Shown here in pieces: positions 38,795-53,185 of a stretch of 64,000 nucleotides of DNA (within the stretch, counting starts at the first letter, position 1; every line of letters begins with the position of its first letter). The stretch spans positions 81,964,001 through 82,028,000 of the forward strand of contig OX597820.1 of the NCBI GenBank assembly GCA_951406725.2. Direction: 5' to 3'. Under the pieces are notes generated by a model. It was not told the origin of the DNA. It did no database searches and was given only the letters and a program-made list of their open reading frames with translations. Made by a program: the position numbers and the translations under genes. The DNA is from Octopus vulgaris. Taxonomy: Eukaryota.

Positions 38795-39095
38795 TAGCAA
38801 GTTTGTTTTCGCAAGTACATGGTTTCTGGCAGATTTCCACTGCATCTTGGGGAAGTGTCTTCTCATGTAGCTAATATAACCGACTTGGTGAGTGAATTTG
38901 GTGACGGAAGCTGTTTGGAAGACCGTAGCGTGTGTGTGGGTGGTGGTGGTGCGTGTGTGTTTGTGAGATTGTGTCTTTCCGTTTATATAAATGTCTCGCC
39001 AATTGACAGCCGATATTGGTTTGTTTACGTTTCTAACTTAGTAGTTTCACGAGAAGAGCCAACGGTATAGACATGAGACTCAAAAATAAGTACTA
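38795..39095 (+). mobile_element. SINE family A, degraded
   Basis: Diverged match to the family A head and body. Confidence 0.6.
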
Positions 39096-39123
39096 CGGTT
39101 CCTTTGGCATATATATCGTAATT

Positions 39124-39370
39124 TGTTACGTACGATAAATAAGATAACCAGATAATAATAAAGACAATGTAACGAACTAACAACTTTCTTTATGAACCAA
39201 CAATCAATATTTCTTGTGAACTAGACAACCGACACCTTCCGACTCACTGGGAACTGACACGAACTTCAGTCGACCCCGAACTCTGAACCTTCAACTCACT
39301 CGGATTGTTACTATTTATACTTTACTCAGACCAGTCTATCTTTCGCAAGGGGGCGTCCTAACTCTCATCA
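39124..39370 (-). repeat. Putative 3' LTR of the Gypsy element
   Basis: TG...CA termini; minus-strand purine tract AAAAGCGGAGA (39373-39383) just upstream; TATAAATA on the minus strand near 39312-39319; lies downstream of the integrase. Confidence 0.65.
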
Positions 39371-41895
39371 TATCTCCGCTTTTGAGATTTCAACTACTGT
39401 GAAAGAATGGAATTTCTTATATTTAATTTTTTTCCTTTCCAGCATCTCTTTTTGTTGCCCGAATTTTTGGTGCCCGAATTTTAAGGTTGTAATTTTCGTT
39501 GCATACAGCACTCTTTCGTTTCGTAGTACTAAGCACTATTGTTGGCACTCTTTTTTTCTTCTTTGAAAATTTAATATCCTTTCGTTTAGGAGTTAGTTCT
39601 TGATATTCAGTCTCTTTTCGTTTTCTGAAACTAGTTCTAGAGGTTTCAGTATCTCTCGGTACTGGCACTTCAAACATCTCATAGATGACTTCCATAGGTA
39701 TTACCCTTCGTTCTTCTGTATTTCTCATCTTTAACTTGTTAAGGTGTCTCTTATGTTCCGAATGTTGTCCTTTAATTAAATACATCATGTTACCTAATCT
39801 TTTGATTACACAGTCATCCTCCCAACTTTCTTTACCATTTTTATGGTTTTTAAGATTGAATTTATCTCCCACTTCGAAATGTCTTGTAATATTTTTTGTA
39901 TTTCCTTCAAATGTATTTTTCATCTTTCCCTTATATGTATATTTTCCTGGCAATAATTTATCGAAGATCGATTTTTTTTACACGTGAACATTAACTCTGC
40001 TGGTGACTTTTCTGAATTAGTATTTGGGTTTGGCGCTATTCTATATACTCTCAAAAATTTTGTTAGTGCCACGTCATTATCGAGCTTGTTCCTAGCTTTT
40101 CGTAAAGCTCTTTTGAACGTGTCGACAAATCTTTCCATCTGCCCATTTGATCTCGGGTGGTAGGGCAGGGTAAAGATGTGCTTTATGGCATGTATTTTGC
40201 ATTAATTTCTTAGTTCATATCCCGTGAATTTTGTCCCATTATCTGAAACTAACGTGTCTGGAACACCGTATCGAGCAAATAACTCGAGTAGGAACTTTAT
40301 TGTTGTCTTTGCTGTGAGTTTATTAAATATGCATGCCTCTGACCACTTTGTATAACTATCCACAACGACTAGATAGTATGTGCCGTTCACTGGTCTTGCA
40401 TAGTCGATATGTATCCTGGACCATGGGCTCTCAGTCTCCGGTCACAATTGGTATTTTACTGGTGGTCCTTTGGTTGCCAACAAACAGCTTCAACATGATT
40501 TCACCAATTTCTCGATGCTCCAGTCCATAGTTAGCCAATATACAATGCTACTCATTTAAGCTTTCATTCTGGACATTCCCGGGTGCCCACGGTGGAATTG
40601 TTGCAATACTTGTTTCTGTTGTGCACTTCGTACTACTATTCTGTGCGCGTACATTAAGACATCGTCACATAGTGAGAAATTATTTAAATTTGTATTTTTA
40701 TTATGCTTATTTTTCGATGTTTCTTTTATTCTTGTAACGTAACTAACTTCTACAGATTTCATTTTTATATCATGCCCTGTCACCGGCAGTTCCTAGATTA
40801 TATTGTACACAATACTTCTTACTTCATTTTCTAACTGCAGCAACGTTCCACGCTCTTGGGAATTAGCTTCGATAAGCAGTCTGCATAACCAGTTTTCTTC
40901 GACGGAATATACTGCATCTTAAAATTGTAGTTCAGCAATATTGTGCCCCAGCGTTGTAGTCGGCCCACTGTATGGCTAGGCAATCCCTTCTTCGATCCAA
41001 AAATTGATAGTAATCGCCGATGATAGGTTTGTAACAAAGAACTTCTATCATGTAGAAGTATGTGAAATGTTTTACCCCCAAAAATAATCGATAGAGACTC
41101 CTCTATCTTACTATACTTTTTTCTCCGCTGCTATTAGCGAATGTGAAGCATAAATTACTGGCTTCATATTTCCATCCTTATACTTGAGTAGCAAGACTGC
41201 TCCTATTCCATACTCCGAAGCATCAGACGCTACAACAATGTCCATTCAGGATCGTAATGTGCTAGTGACAAGTCAGAAATTAGTATTTTCTTTATGTCTT
41301 CAAATGCGTTTTGGCATTTTACTGACCAATTCTATTTTATTTTATTTTTAGTAAATCGTTTAATGGTGCTCTCAGTTTAATGTATATTAGGAATGTACTG
41401 TTGATAGTAATTTGCTAGGCCAAGGAAAGCTTGTAATGTTGGTATATTCGTTGGATGAGGCATATTCTTGATTGCGTCCGCCCTCGATAGGTCAAGACGT
41501 CTTCCATTCTTATCTATTAATTGATTTTAGGCAAAAAATATTCCCATTTCTCTTCACTGAGTGTGAAACCATAGTCCTTAATTTTTTTCACGACCCTCTT
41601 CGCATGTTCGATATGCTCATTCCGTGATTTGCTTTTGATTAAGACGTCATCAAGGTAAGGAATAGCAAATTGACAGTCTGCCAATATCACGTCCATCACA
41701 TGTTGAAATATTGAAGGTGCTACATTCAGTCTATTGTATTTGTATAGACTTCTGTGCATGTTGACCATTAACAGCTTTGAGCAGTTTTTATCTACTTTGA
41801 TTTGTAGATATGCGTCCGACATATCGAATTTTGAAAATATTTTACCTCCGTTTAGTTTTATAAAAATATCTTCTGGGATCGGTATATGTAGTAAG
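39124..41895 (-). mobile_element. Ty3/Gypsy LTR retrotransposon remnant (RT-RNase H-integrase)
   Basis: RT PEDIF..FSKFDMSDAYLQ..YLDD; RNase H VVASDASEYGIGAV; integrase HRGHPG, VVVDSYTKW, VSDNG and SNGQMERF. Domain order is RT-RH-INT; many frameshifts. Confidence 0.92.
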
Positions 41896-41899
41896 GCAT

Positions 41900-43085
41900 A
41901 TGGTAAACTTTGACAGTTGCTCATTTTGAGCTCTAATATTTTGACAATCTTTATTTTTTGTTAGAAAGCCGACACATCCATTTCTTTATTCTAACTCATT
42001 TTGCGCTTTATAAAGTATTTATAAATCGTTTTTTGCTGTTTTTGTTTAGAGATGGATAAGTCGGAAATTCCTACGGTTTTGAAATATGAGTTCTTTCTTG
42101 GAAATACAGCATCACAGACAGCTCGGAATATTAATGGAGTATTTCATTGTAATTTTATTGCACAGCGGACAGTATTAAATTGGTTTGTAAAATTTCGTTC
42201 TGGTAACTTTGACCTCTCAAATGAGTAACGCAGTCGACAAGAAACGAAGGTGGATAATGACGAAATGAAATCCACCGTTGAATCAGATCCATTTCAAAGT
42301 GTCCGTGAATTATTGTTATTGTTTGGTGTTAGCAAGCAAACAATATTGACTCACCTAGTTCAAATCGGTAAAATGAAAAAGTTGAATAGGTGGGTTCCAC
42401 ATAAACTCAATGAAAATCAGAAACAACTACATTTGGAAGCCTGCTTTATACTACTTTCTCATCACAAAAATGAATCACTTCTGAATTGAATTGTAACATG
42501 TGATGAGAAATGGATTCAATACAAAAAGCGAAATTCATCAAAAGAAGCTGATGGTGCGTGTTTGTGATCTGGCGCAGGTATGATCCATTATGATTTCATT
42601 AAAGCTGGCTCATCAATCACGGCTGAAGTATACTGCAGCCAACTGGACCAAATGATGCAGAAACTTACCCAAAAAATAGCCTAAATTAGTCAACAGATCC
42701 ACTCCTATTTTATTACAAGACAACGCCAGGCCACACGTCGCGAAAATTACATTGGCGAAACTACAGGAATTGGAGTTGGAAGTTCTCCATTATCCACAAT
42801 ACTCACCTGATCTTGCCCCCACTGACTACCACTTCTTCCAGAATTTGGATAACTTTTTGATAGGAAAAAATTTAATTCCGACGATGCTGTAAAAGAGACC
42901 TTCCTAGATTTTATTGACTCTAGATTGGCAGGCTTTTACAATTCTGGGCTGGACAAGCTACCGCTGAAATGGTAAAAGTGTATTGGCAATATAGGTGCAT
43001 ACTTTGAGGAATAAAAATATTCCTTGCATTTATAAAACATTAGCTTTTTTTTTCTTTTCTACAAATTTCATACTTGACGACCTAA
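41900..43085 (+). mobile_element. Mariner transposon, decayed, abutting the Gypsy remnant
   Basis: ATG at 42051; WVPHKL, VTCDEKW, LQDNARPH and YSPDLAPTDYHFF; right TIR-like end ...tcatacttgacgacctaa-TA; left TIR not recognisable. Confidence 0.9.
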
Positions 43086-43671
43086 TATTAGGTGGCCATT
43101 TACTGCTTAATTTTTATCATTTTTACCAATTCCTACAACTACTATCAATTCCAATGTGTATCTTTCGAATTTAATTTCTTATGTTAACTCTCACTGTATC
43201 TCTCATCCTTATCTTCCTTCTCTCTATGATGTAAAGCGTGAGTTCAGAAATCAACCAAAAAAACAAAAAACATTTGTATTACAAGTTCGAAATCTGACGT
43301 TATATATCTTGACTTCAACAAAACCTTCTACAGAGTTGACCCCGTGGTAAACGACTGCACTGAATTAAATATTTCCTGGTGAACAGAAGGCAACATGTCC
43401 GATAGAATAAGTACTATGCTTAACAAAACAATTAAGTACTGCAGTCGATTCATTCGACTAAAAAATTCTTCATGCGGTACCCCCAGAGTGGCCGCAATCG
43501 AATGAAACAAGTAAAAAACTAAAAAAAAGATAAAAAGAGTAGTTTCAATGTTATTAAAGCATCATTAAGGATCAATTATCTCACCTTTCAACAGTCCGAA
43601 TTAAGAAGTAATCTTATAAAGAATGTAACAAGCTCTGACTATTATAAAGGCATTATATAATAGTACAACGT

Positions 43672-44481
43672 TGATTGCGGTACCAAAAGGTTCCCGGACT
43701 AGATCTGTAGCGCGCCTACAGATGGCATCACACGGTTGCGTGTGGAGTGAGAGCTAGCAGTGACCCTTCAAGAACTGGTGTGCTGAGTGACATCGCTGTG
43801 TTTATTTCGTAAGTTGGGAATTTTTTTGTATGTGTGTGTGTGATCACTTGCATGCTGTAGTCCGCGATTTTGTCATTCGACAGGAACAAAGGGCCAATGT
43901 GAAATTTTGCGTTAAACTTGGAAAGTCTGCTACTGAGACACTGGGCATGATTCGGCAAGCTTACAGCGACGAAGCAATAGGGCTTACGCAATGATTCTCG
44001 TGGCACGGGCGTTTCAAAAGCGGGAGAATGTCCCTAGAAGACGATGAGCAATCTGGAAGATCTTCCACGAGCCTCACCTTCGAAAGCGACCGGATCTGTG
44101 GAGCGCAAAGAATTGAATTCTTCACGGCGACAATGCACCCTGTCACCAAGCCCTCCTCACTCGTAAATTTCTCGCTAAAACCAACATGGTATCGCTTCCG
44201 CACCCACCTTATCCGCCAGATTTAGCACCTGCGGACTTCGATCTCTTCTCCAAGATGAGAGTGCAGCTGAAAGGTTTCCATTTAACATCGTTGTCGAGAT
44301 CCAGAGCGAATTGCAGAAGGTCCTCGACTCGCTTACGGAAAACGACTTGTAGGCAGGAACGCTGGGACCGGTATATTGCTGCGCAAAATGACTATTTCGA
44401 AGGAGACGATGTCAAAACTTGGGTAAATAAGTTATATTTTATTAAATATAACTAGTCCGGGAACCTTTTGATATCACTTCG
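43672..44481 (+). mobile_element. Internally deleted mariner
   Basis: TIRs caaaaggttcccggactag / ctagtccgggaaccttttg; peptides SLEDDEQSGR, HGDNAPCH and PHPPYPPDLAPADF. Confidence 0.9.
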
Positions 44482-46250
44482 AATATCAGAAGTAGCAACA
44501 TAGCGTAGTTATGGATAAATGTAAATGTGAAAATAGTTTACCAAATCTATAATAAATACATATTTAACCTTTGTGTAATAGAAAAAGTTTGTTTTACATA
44601 TTCGTAAATCGGCATTCCTCTTAAAACTTTGCTTTGTATTCACTGTCCTAAAATCTATCACATACGGCTGAACATGTCCGTCGAGAGAAAGAGATATACT
44701 CTACGGAAGAATGTTTAGGAACCCCACACTCATTACTGAAACTAAAAATCTACTTATTACCAAATATTATGACTAACAGTGTTTTCCCTTCTTTTAGAAA
44801 CACTGCAAAAATCGTTCCTGTACAAATATTCTTAATAGTTCGATAGTTCCGATTCGATGCTGAGCCAAGTTAAGACTATCAAATGATCTTATCGCATATT
44901 TGTACTTAGTTCCGGTTTTTTTTTTTATCACCGATTAAACATTCTGGCGAAGATACCGTTACAGGTATGATGAGGAAAGTCGGGAGTGATGCACAAAGTC
45001 ATGGAACAACGTTTTCCATTTTGTAGTTCTATGTTTGTCTATGCAGTGATTATATGGAGTTAACTTACAGTTTGCCATTATTGCTATGATGTATCGATCA
45101 TAATGTTTATGTCATTGTCAACAATATAACTTTCAACAAATGAGACACACACTTTATGGTCAAAGGATTTTCCGATAAAGACAGAAATTGCCATAAGAAT
45201 GAAAACATATCGGAAAGTTTCTTAGCACCTTTAAATTTTCTTATGAGACCATCGACACCAGAATTGGCAATGCTATCAAATACAGATGTTCAAAATAATG
45301 ATTCTGAATTTGTATCAGGTTCCATGACGCTTCTCTTCAAAATGTGCTTTCCGTTTCCTCATTTGTTTATAGTTTCTTTTCCAGTTTTTTTTCTTCTTTA
45401 AGTGACATATTTTGATTCTGTTAGCAGTGTATAAAATTGTCATTGCAGTTTCAGCAGATTTTCGATTAAGATTTCAGTTTTACCTACATCACTTATCAAC
45501 AGTGGTAAAACTTTTGCCTAAAACACCATATAGCGCATGGTAATGAGAGCAAGAATGTTGAAGCAGATGGAGTACATGACTATTCATCTGAAAGAGGGCA
45601 TTATTTAAAAGCTCCTGTTACTTTATTTTTCGTCTTAGGTTTCAGTGTTCAATGTTTTTGAATAAGTTTTAGTGTCACACGTGTGCTAATAAATCATGTC
45701 ACAGAAGTACAGGAAAATCAGGTTAACATGCGTGTAATTAAATTGATAGAAATAGCCTTTGCTAAAAGATTGCTCATTTAATCTAAAGCGTTTCATGTTT
45801 TATGACAGCTGAGATACGATTCTGTTCTGTGTTGTCTCTTCTTATGTGTCTGTGTGAAAAAAATACTCGGCCGGTCAACTGCTAGATCTGTCTGGTGTCA
45901 AGCAAAGTGTCCAAATACCCAGTCGCATATTCTAAATAAATAGCTAGAAATTTATCACAGACGTCTACTTTCTGATTGGCTCAAATAATGCATCTAACAA
46001 AATAATGAAACCAATATGTCAACAGTGAAAAAAGAATCGCTACAAATGTAATTCTTGGTGAAGATGATTGCATTAATAAAGGTATTGCTGTCAGGCCCAC
46101 AGAAGCATTAAGTTGATTAAGGGATATCTTATAATAAATAAGCATTGCTTTGTACGTGAGAGAGAGAGAGAGAGAAAGAGTGTGTGTGTATGTGTGTGCG
46201 AGAAAGCGAGAGAGAGAGAGAGAAAGAGAGAGAGAGAAAGAGAGAGAGAG

Positions 46251-46282
<32 letters not shown>

Positions 46283-46469
46283 CTGACTAACGTCTTGGTG
46301 TGTGGAAAGAGAAAGAGTGGGGGAAAGGAACAGAGTGGAAGAGACAAAGAGTGTGATAATGAAAGCAAATAATTCAAGAGCATGTTGGGGAAAAGTATTG
46401 AAAAAAGATGACAAAGAGGGAATAAGGGAGATAGGTTGTTGGGGAGGTGTAGTAAAACAGTAAGATACA

Positions 46470-46587
<118 letters not shown>

Positions 46588-47831
46588 AGATAATTTCTCC
46601 CCCTCTATATACATGTATATTACACTAAACTGGTAATGAGGAACCTAGCTAACGTTAGTGTATCATAATTTTTTTTTAATAAGATATTGACTAATGACTA
46701 ATTGACTGATTAATCAGTTGACCCGTTTGCATCACTACCAGGGAGAAATTATTGTATTATAACTGTATTTTAACTTACAAAATATTAGACTTGAATTATG
46801 CTGTGTTTAGTCAGTTAGTTAGTTACTTGGTCAGTTTTGTATGACAAATCCTACTATCTAATCAAAATAGTTTGAAATATTATTTATAAGCAACCAGATC
46901 AATCATGTGCTCCAAGCAGTCGCTCCTGCCCCTGTCTCACTCAATAATCGCCCTTATCCCTATCATCTCTGGTTATTATTACAACAACCAGTGTGATAGA
47001 CAGGCGCCTGTAAGTTACATGAGCTAACATCTTTTATAAGATCATTCTTACTAACATTATTTTCCGCTTATATCATCCAAGTTACAGTCATCTGAAATGA
47101 TATATTTGGATTTACACTAAATCTTCATTTTGAATATTATTTAAAATAATCAACATTTGGACTATTCGGAGTGATATTATACGACAACCTCATTCGAGAT
47201 AATCTCGTCAAGTTTAATGTCATTCTGACTACCATCACTTAGATTAATATAATTCGGATTAACTTTACTGAGACTAATATACTACAATTAGTTTAACTCC
47301 AACCTTGCATGCGTTAAGTTACTAATTTTGTTTATCAATATTATTTCGATTTAACAATATTTGCCCTAAATACATTTGTTATGACATATTTAGGTTAGTA
47401 TTATTTGAACAATGGATGACAAAAGTAAAAGAGTGTTGGACAAAGTATTTCGTTAAGTCTTCATACGTTCTGAGTTCAAATCACCCCCAGGATAACTTTG
47501 CGCTTCGTTCTTCAGAGGACGATGAAATCACGACTAATCATGTATTTGGCATGATCAAGTCTTCTGACAAATGAGTGGGCTTGTGCTTGTGATAAATATC
47601 TTTATTGCATTTAGTATCACTTTAATTGAGCTAACTTTATATAACTATTCGGTTTAGAGTTTACCATAATATTAACATTGTTTTAGTTAGAGTCAACAGT
47701 AATACGTCAATTAAAACATCTTTAGTTCTGGTGCAACAAGTCTTTAGTCTTTGGTGTGATACATATTTACTCTAACTACAGATGATATTAACTATATCTT
47801 AAAATTTGCTATACACTGCCGTCATCTAAAC

Positions 47832-48073
47832 CAGTTCCCCAACCACTGAGCCGTGAATCATTTGGTACCGGACAGTTCACAAAAAATAAATTTTAAAATC
47901 TTATCTCTATTTTATTCTCTATCGCGGTCTGCATAATGTGTTTGTATTATATTTGTAATAGTTAAATGATATATTTAGCACTTTATTGTGTTTTGTTATA
48001 CGCGTGATCCCGTCGTCCCTACAAGAAATTTTCTTGCATGATACCGGTTTGCAAAAAAGATTGATGACCGCTG
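47832..48073. mobile_element. hAT/Charlie-type MITE
   Basis: Ends cagttccccaacc / gattgatgaccgctg; near-TSD of 8 bp atctaaac / ctctaaat (NTCTARAN-like). Confidence 0.65.
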
Positions 48074-48499
48074 CTCTAAATTATCCAACATGTTTGATCA
48101 TTAACAGGTCAGATTGATCATGTCTGATCGCGAGTTAGGGTACCAGCACGACAGGAACAGCAGTCAGCAATAGCAACAGCAGCATCAAGTTTGATTATTG
48201 TCTTATTACTTTGTTTTAGACTACGACCATGCTAGAGTACTAACCTCATATCGTCCCTGGTGCTTGTCTCATTGATATCGATTTGATATCGAAATTATTC
48301 ATGAACACGCCAAGAACATATGGGACGTGTTAGGAATGGCTGAAGTCAAGTCATCTTGACTACATTTGGAGAAGTAACTACAAAACGTAGGCTATAAATT
48401 AGCATGTGTAATAGTGGGTAGGTATTCTCTAGACACATGTAACCATAACAACACGGTCTACATCGTCAACAAGAACAGAATAAATTCAGTCATCGGCTG

Positions 48500-49570
48500 C
48501 ACACTAGTCGCCAGCATTGTCCTATTGCTGAGAAACCCCCAAAACATCAATATTGAAGTCTGAATATAACGACGATGGAGTTTTCTAACTACTTACAGAA
48601 AATCATCATCTCCAAAGAAAGATCTCCAAGAAAGACGAGAATGCTAAATTAAAGCAGAGACAGCAGGGTATTTCAGGATTGAAGATATAAACAATAGGGG
48701 ACTGCAACAAGCTTATCCTAGTCAATACACTGATCCCTCATAAAACCTCCCGGAAAATGTCATGTAGGAGACAGTATACGGCCTCCACACCTCCATTTCC
48801 ATTGGAGGACCGCTGCTGTTTCCTGATATCGGCCTAATAGGAGGCAGCAAAACCGAACTCTAGGAACTCACCATCAGACTTGAAACAGCATCAAAAGTGT
48901 ATGCAATGGAGGTCAGATTGGAAAAGTGCAAGATTCTGATCAATAACCACAACCAGAACACATCAGCAAACATTAATGCTGAACGGAAAATTTTTAATAT
49001 CTCGAATCTACTTTGAGCAAGGCTTGCTGCTCATTAAAAGAATTGAAAGCTCGGCCTGGCACAGTATCATCTGCAATGACAAAACTGAATGTCATATGGA
49101 GAAGCAAATCCAACAGTTTTCCAACGAAACTTATACTGTTTTAGTCCCTAGTGACTCCGATCTTCCTGTAAAGATATTAAAACAGAACACTCATAGCAGA
49201 CACCGAATTTAGAAACAAGGTATTCAAGTATAAGTGTATAAGTGCTTCAGAAAACTGATACGCATCTCGTGCTAAGAACACAAGACAAAGTGTCATTTCC
49301 AGTAGCAGGTCGTTAAATATGCTAGCTGATGAAAACAGTGAAGTGTCGGAATTCAATTTATTTGGGCACATGTCATGGCAAGATTCCCTGACCAAAACCC
49401 ATGCTCCTGATCACAGTTATGAGAAAACGAAGCAGAAAATCCTAGTCTGACAACATCAACGTCTGGGCAGGTTTCAACACGGTAGCAGATTTCCGAGTGA
49501 CGAAAGTTTAGGAACCAGTGATGATTACTCGACTGAAGAGTATCTGGAAAGGAGCATCTTGACGATTGAT
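48500..49570 (+). mobile_element. Old RTE-clade LINE remnant
   Basis: DIGLIGGSKTEL*ELTIRLETASKVYAMEVRLEKCKILINN, and later LFGHMS. Confidence 0.65.
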
Positions 49571-49624
49571 GTTTCAGTAGTGGGAAGAAGATGGTGATGA
49601 TCGTCATCATTATAATAATAGGGA

Positions 49625-49665
49625 TCATCATCATCATCATCATAATAATAATAATAATAATAATG

Positions 49666-49728
<63 letters not shown>
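49625..49728. repeat. (CAT)n(AAT)n microsatellite
   Basis: Read directly from the sequence. Confidence 0.95.
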
Positions 49729-49730
<2 letters not shown>

Positions 49731-50351
49731 TTCAGACCGGTAGAACATGCATAGATTTTAGTGCTACCGTTCTTAAAGCTTTAAACAATGATGGAGCTTG
49801 TTAGAAATAGCTGCCAAATCGCTCATAAATCATACCCTAAAATTTTAATGTAATCCTAGGTAGATTATATATAAATAAAGGAGAGACTGTCAGAGCTGTG
49901 ACGCTTTTTATCATAATTCTACCGGATCACATCTGATCTAGAACCGAGCAATAACTACCGTAAATGATATGCACCACACACGGTTGCTAGTTTTTGCTTT
50001 TATAGTTTTCTGTTGAAAATGGAGTATCTTGATCCCCAAAGCAGAAAGTGTCGAAAGCAAGATACGAAAGCAATCTTGCCTGATTGCTAACCTCCTATCC
50101 AAGTATTGGTCATCGTTTCCAACAAAGTGACTGATAACGTAACATTCCTACATTTGACCCCGAGGGAATTAAAAACCTTAAGTGGAATGTAAGTACTTCA
50201 ACCGGGAATCGAAATTAAGGAGGACAGATTCATTTTAACAGCTTTATACTAACACAACAGCGCTTGTCAGCATCAGCCTCTGTACTGTCATCACCGTCAC
50301 TGCCACCCACCACATCCACCACCACCTCTACCATAATTAACATCACCACTA

Positions 50352-50672
50352 TTGAGACCCCCTTTGGTCATGACTGATCGTGGGATTGCACCTAGAAAGT
50401 TATCCCCCACCCACAAGGCACAATTCCGGAGCAGTCTCCCATGCATACCGGCCTCCCCTCTCCATGCCACCAGTGTTATCCAAGGGAAAGGCAAAGGCTG
50501 ATACAGCTTGGCACCTGCGACGTCGCAACTCATTTCTACAGCTGGGTGAACTGGAGCAACGTGAAATAAAGTGTCTTGCTCAAGAACACAACACGCAGCC
50601 CGGTCCGGTATTCGAACACACGATCTCACGATCGTTAGCTCGACGCTCTAACAACTGAGCCATGCGCCTTCA
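50352..50672 (-). mobile_element. tRNA-derived SINE with CORE-like body (tail type 4)
   Basis: Minus strand gaaggcgcatggctcagttgttagagcg (A box), gttcgaatac (B box), and CORE-like gtgttcttgagcaagacacttta..cagctgtagaaatgag. Confidence 0.75.
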
Positions 50673-51219
50673 CTACTACAACTATAACTACCAACAACAA
50701 ACACGATAACGCTACCACCATCACCGCTATCATCAGCACAACCATCACTATCACTACCACCATTTCCATCTATACCACCACCACCAGCATCACTTCCACT
50801 ACTGCAATCACTACCATCACACCATTACTACCGACGCACCACCACATCACCATTACGACCACCAACACCGCAACTACCATTATCTCCACTACTAATGTCG
50901 CTACCACCACATCATCTCTACCATCATCACTAAAGCTACCACCACCAACACCATCACCACAAAGCATTCACCAAATCATAACAGAACTTGACAATTGTTT
51001 GTGAAGTTTTGGGGGTATTCCTGTTTATGATGTGTAAGCTCCATTGATGTGACACGGGATGCTGAGATGGAGATTGGGGCATAACTATTGGGGAAGTGAC
51101 GCAGCTGAGAAACGAAACCGTCTTTCATTTGATACAGTTCACAGTCACCATAGCTTTTATTCATCACTAACGAAACATTATTACCCCACACCCACTCGAT
51201 ATATATGTTTGTGTGTGTG

Positions 51220-51271
<52 letters not shown>

Positions 51272-51517
51272 CACACACATACACATATATATATATATAC
51301 ATACATATCAATGTGTATGTATCAGCGTATGTATGTATATATACAGAGAGTTCTAGTTATGCAAAAATTGTAAAGAATAGTAAAAATATATCTTATGTTG
51401 GACAAACATCTGATGTACAACTCAAACAGTGTGTAGAATGCATTCATGTGCTTATTACGTCGAAAGTTGACAGTCTGTTCAGTCTCTGCACATAATCTAT
51501 GTGTACATATATGTATG

Positions 51518-51567
<50 letters not shown>

Positions 51568-51573
51568 TATTTA

Positions 51574-52030
51574 GGCGCAGCGTGACTGTGTGGTAAGAAG
51601 CTTGCTTCACAATCACATGGTTCCGGGTTCAATTCCACTACGTGGCGCCTTGGGTAAGTGTCTTATACTATACCTCAGGCTGACCAAAAGCCTTGTGAGT
51701 GGATTTGGTAGGTGGAAACTGAAAAGAAGCCCGTCGTATATACATATATATATACGTGTGTGTGTATGTGTGTGTGTGTGTGTGTGTGAGTGTGTGAGCG
51801 CGTGTGTGTTTATGTGTGTATCTCTCTGTGTGTTTGTCCATCCCCACCATCGCTTGACCACCGATATTGGTATGTTTACACCTCCGTATCTTAGCGGCTC
51901 GGCAAAAGAGAGCGATATAATAAGTACCGGGTTTATAAAGAATAAGTCCTGGGGTTGTTTTCTTTGACTAAAAAGCGGTGCTCCAGCATGACCGCAGTCA
52001 AATGACTGAATCAAACAAAAGAGTAAAAGA
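51574..52030 (+). mobile_element. SINE family A, full length
   Basis: Head, internal microsatellite and tail as at 52077. Confidence 0.9.
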
Positions 52031-52045
52031 AGGAATAAAGACTAC

Positions 52046-52076
<31 letters not shown>

Positions 52077-52077
<1 letters not shown>

Positions 52078-52238
52078 GCGTAGGAGTGGCTGTGTGGTAA
52101 GTAGCTTGCTTACCAACCACATGGTTCGGGTTCAGTCCCACTGCGTGGCATCTTGGGCAAGTGTCTTCTACTATAGCCTCGGGCCGATCAAAGCCTTGTG
52201 AGTGGATTTGGTAGACGGAAACTGAAAGAAGCCTGTCG

Positions 52239-52269
<31 letters not shown>

Positions 52270-52493
52270 CTGTTTGTGTGTCTGTGTTTGCCCCCCCCCC
52301 CCCCAACATCGCTTGACAACCGATGCTAGTGTGTTTGCATCCCTGTAACTTAGCGGTTCGGCAAAAGAGATCGAAAGAATAAGTACTAGGCTTACAAAGA
52401 ATAATCCCTGGGGTCGATTTGCTCGACTAAAGGCGCTGCTCCAGCATGGCCGCAGTGAAATAATGAAACAAGTATCAGAATAAAAGAATAAAG

Positions 52494-52495
<2 letters not shown>
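52077..52495 (+). mobile_element. SINE family A, full length
   Basis: ggcgtaggagtggctgtgtggtaag (A box), ggttcagtcc (B box), internal (TA)n(TG)n, tail gtcgatttgctcgactaaagg...gaaacaag. Confidence 0.9.
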
Positions 52496-52530
<35 letters not shown>

Positions 52531-52669
52531 CATCCACATATATACATATATACGTACATGAGTACAGACAGACAGATTGATAGCTAGACGTAGCTATTTC
52601 GATTTATAGGTATATGTATATGCATAGAAACACATTCATATATACTCACACATACACTCAGTTATTCAC

Positions 52670-52709
<40 letters not shown>

Positions 52710-52823
52710 TCTGACACGCAGAACAATGTAAAGATTTTTGGCACGAATGGGCGTAATTGAACGTTAAAACATTAGATGATGTAGTACTCAATACATTATG
52801 TAAAGGATTAATGAGTTAGGTAA

Positions 52824-53185
<362 letters not shown>

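Noticed and set aside
45156-45401. 81-aa ORF of ordinary composition
   Set aside because: In-frame stop just upstream, no recognisable domain, and no clear exon context.
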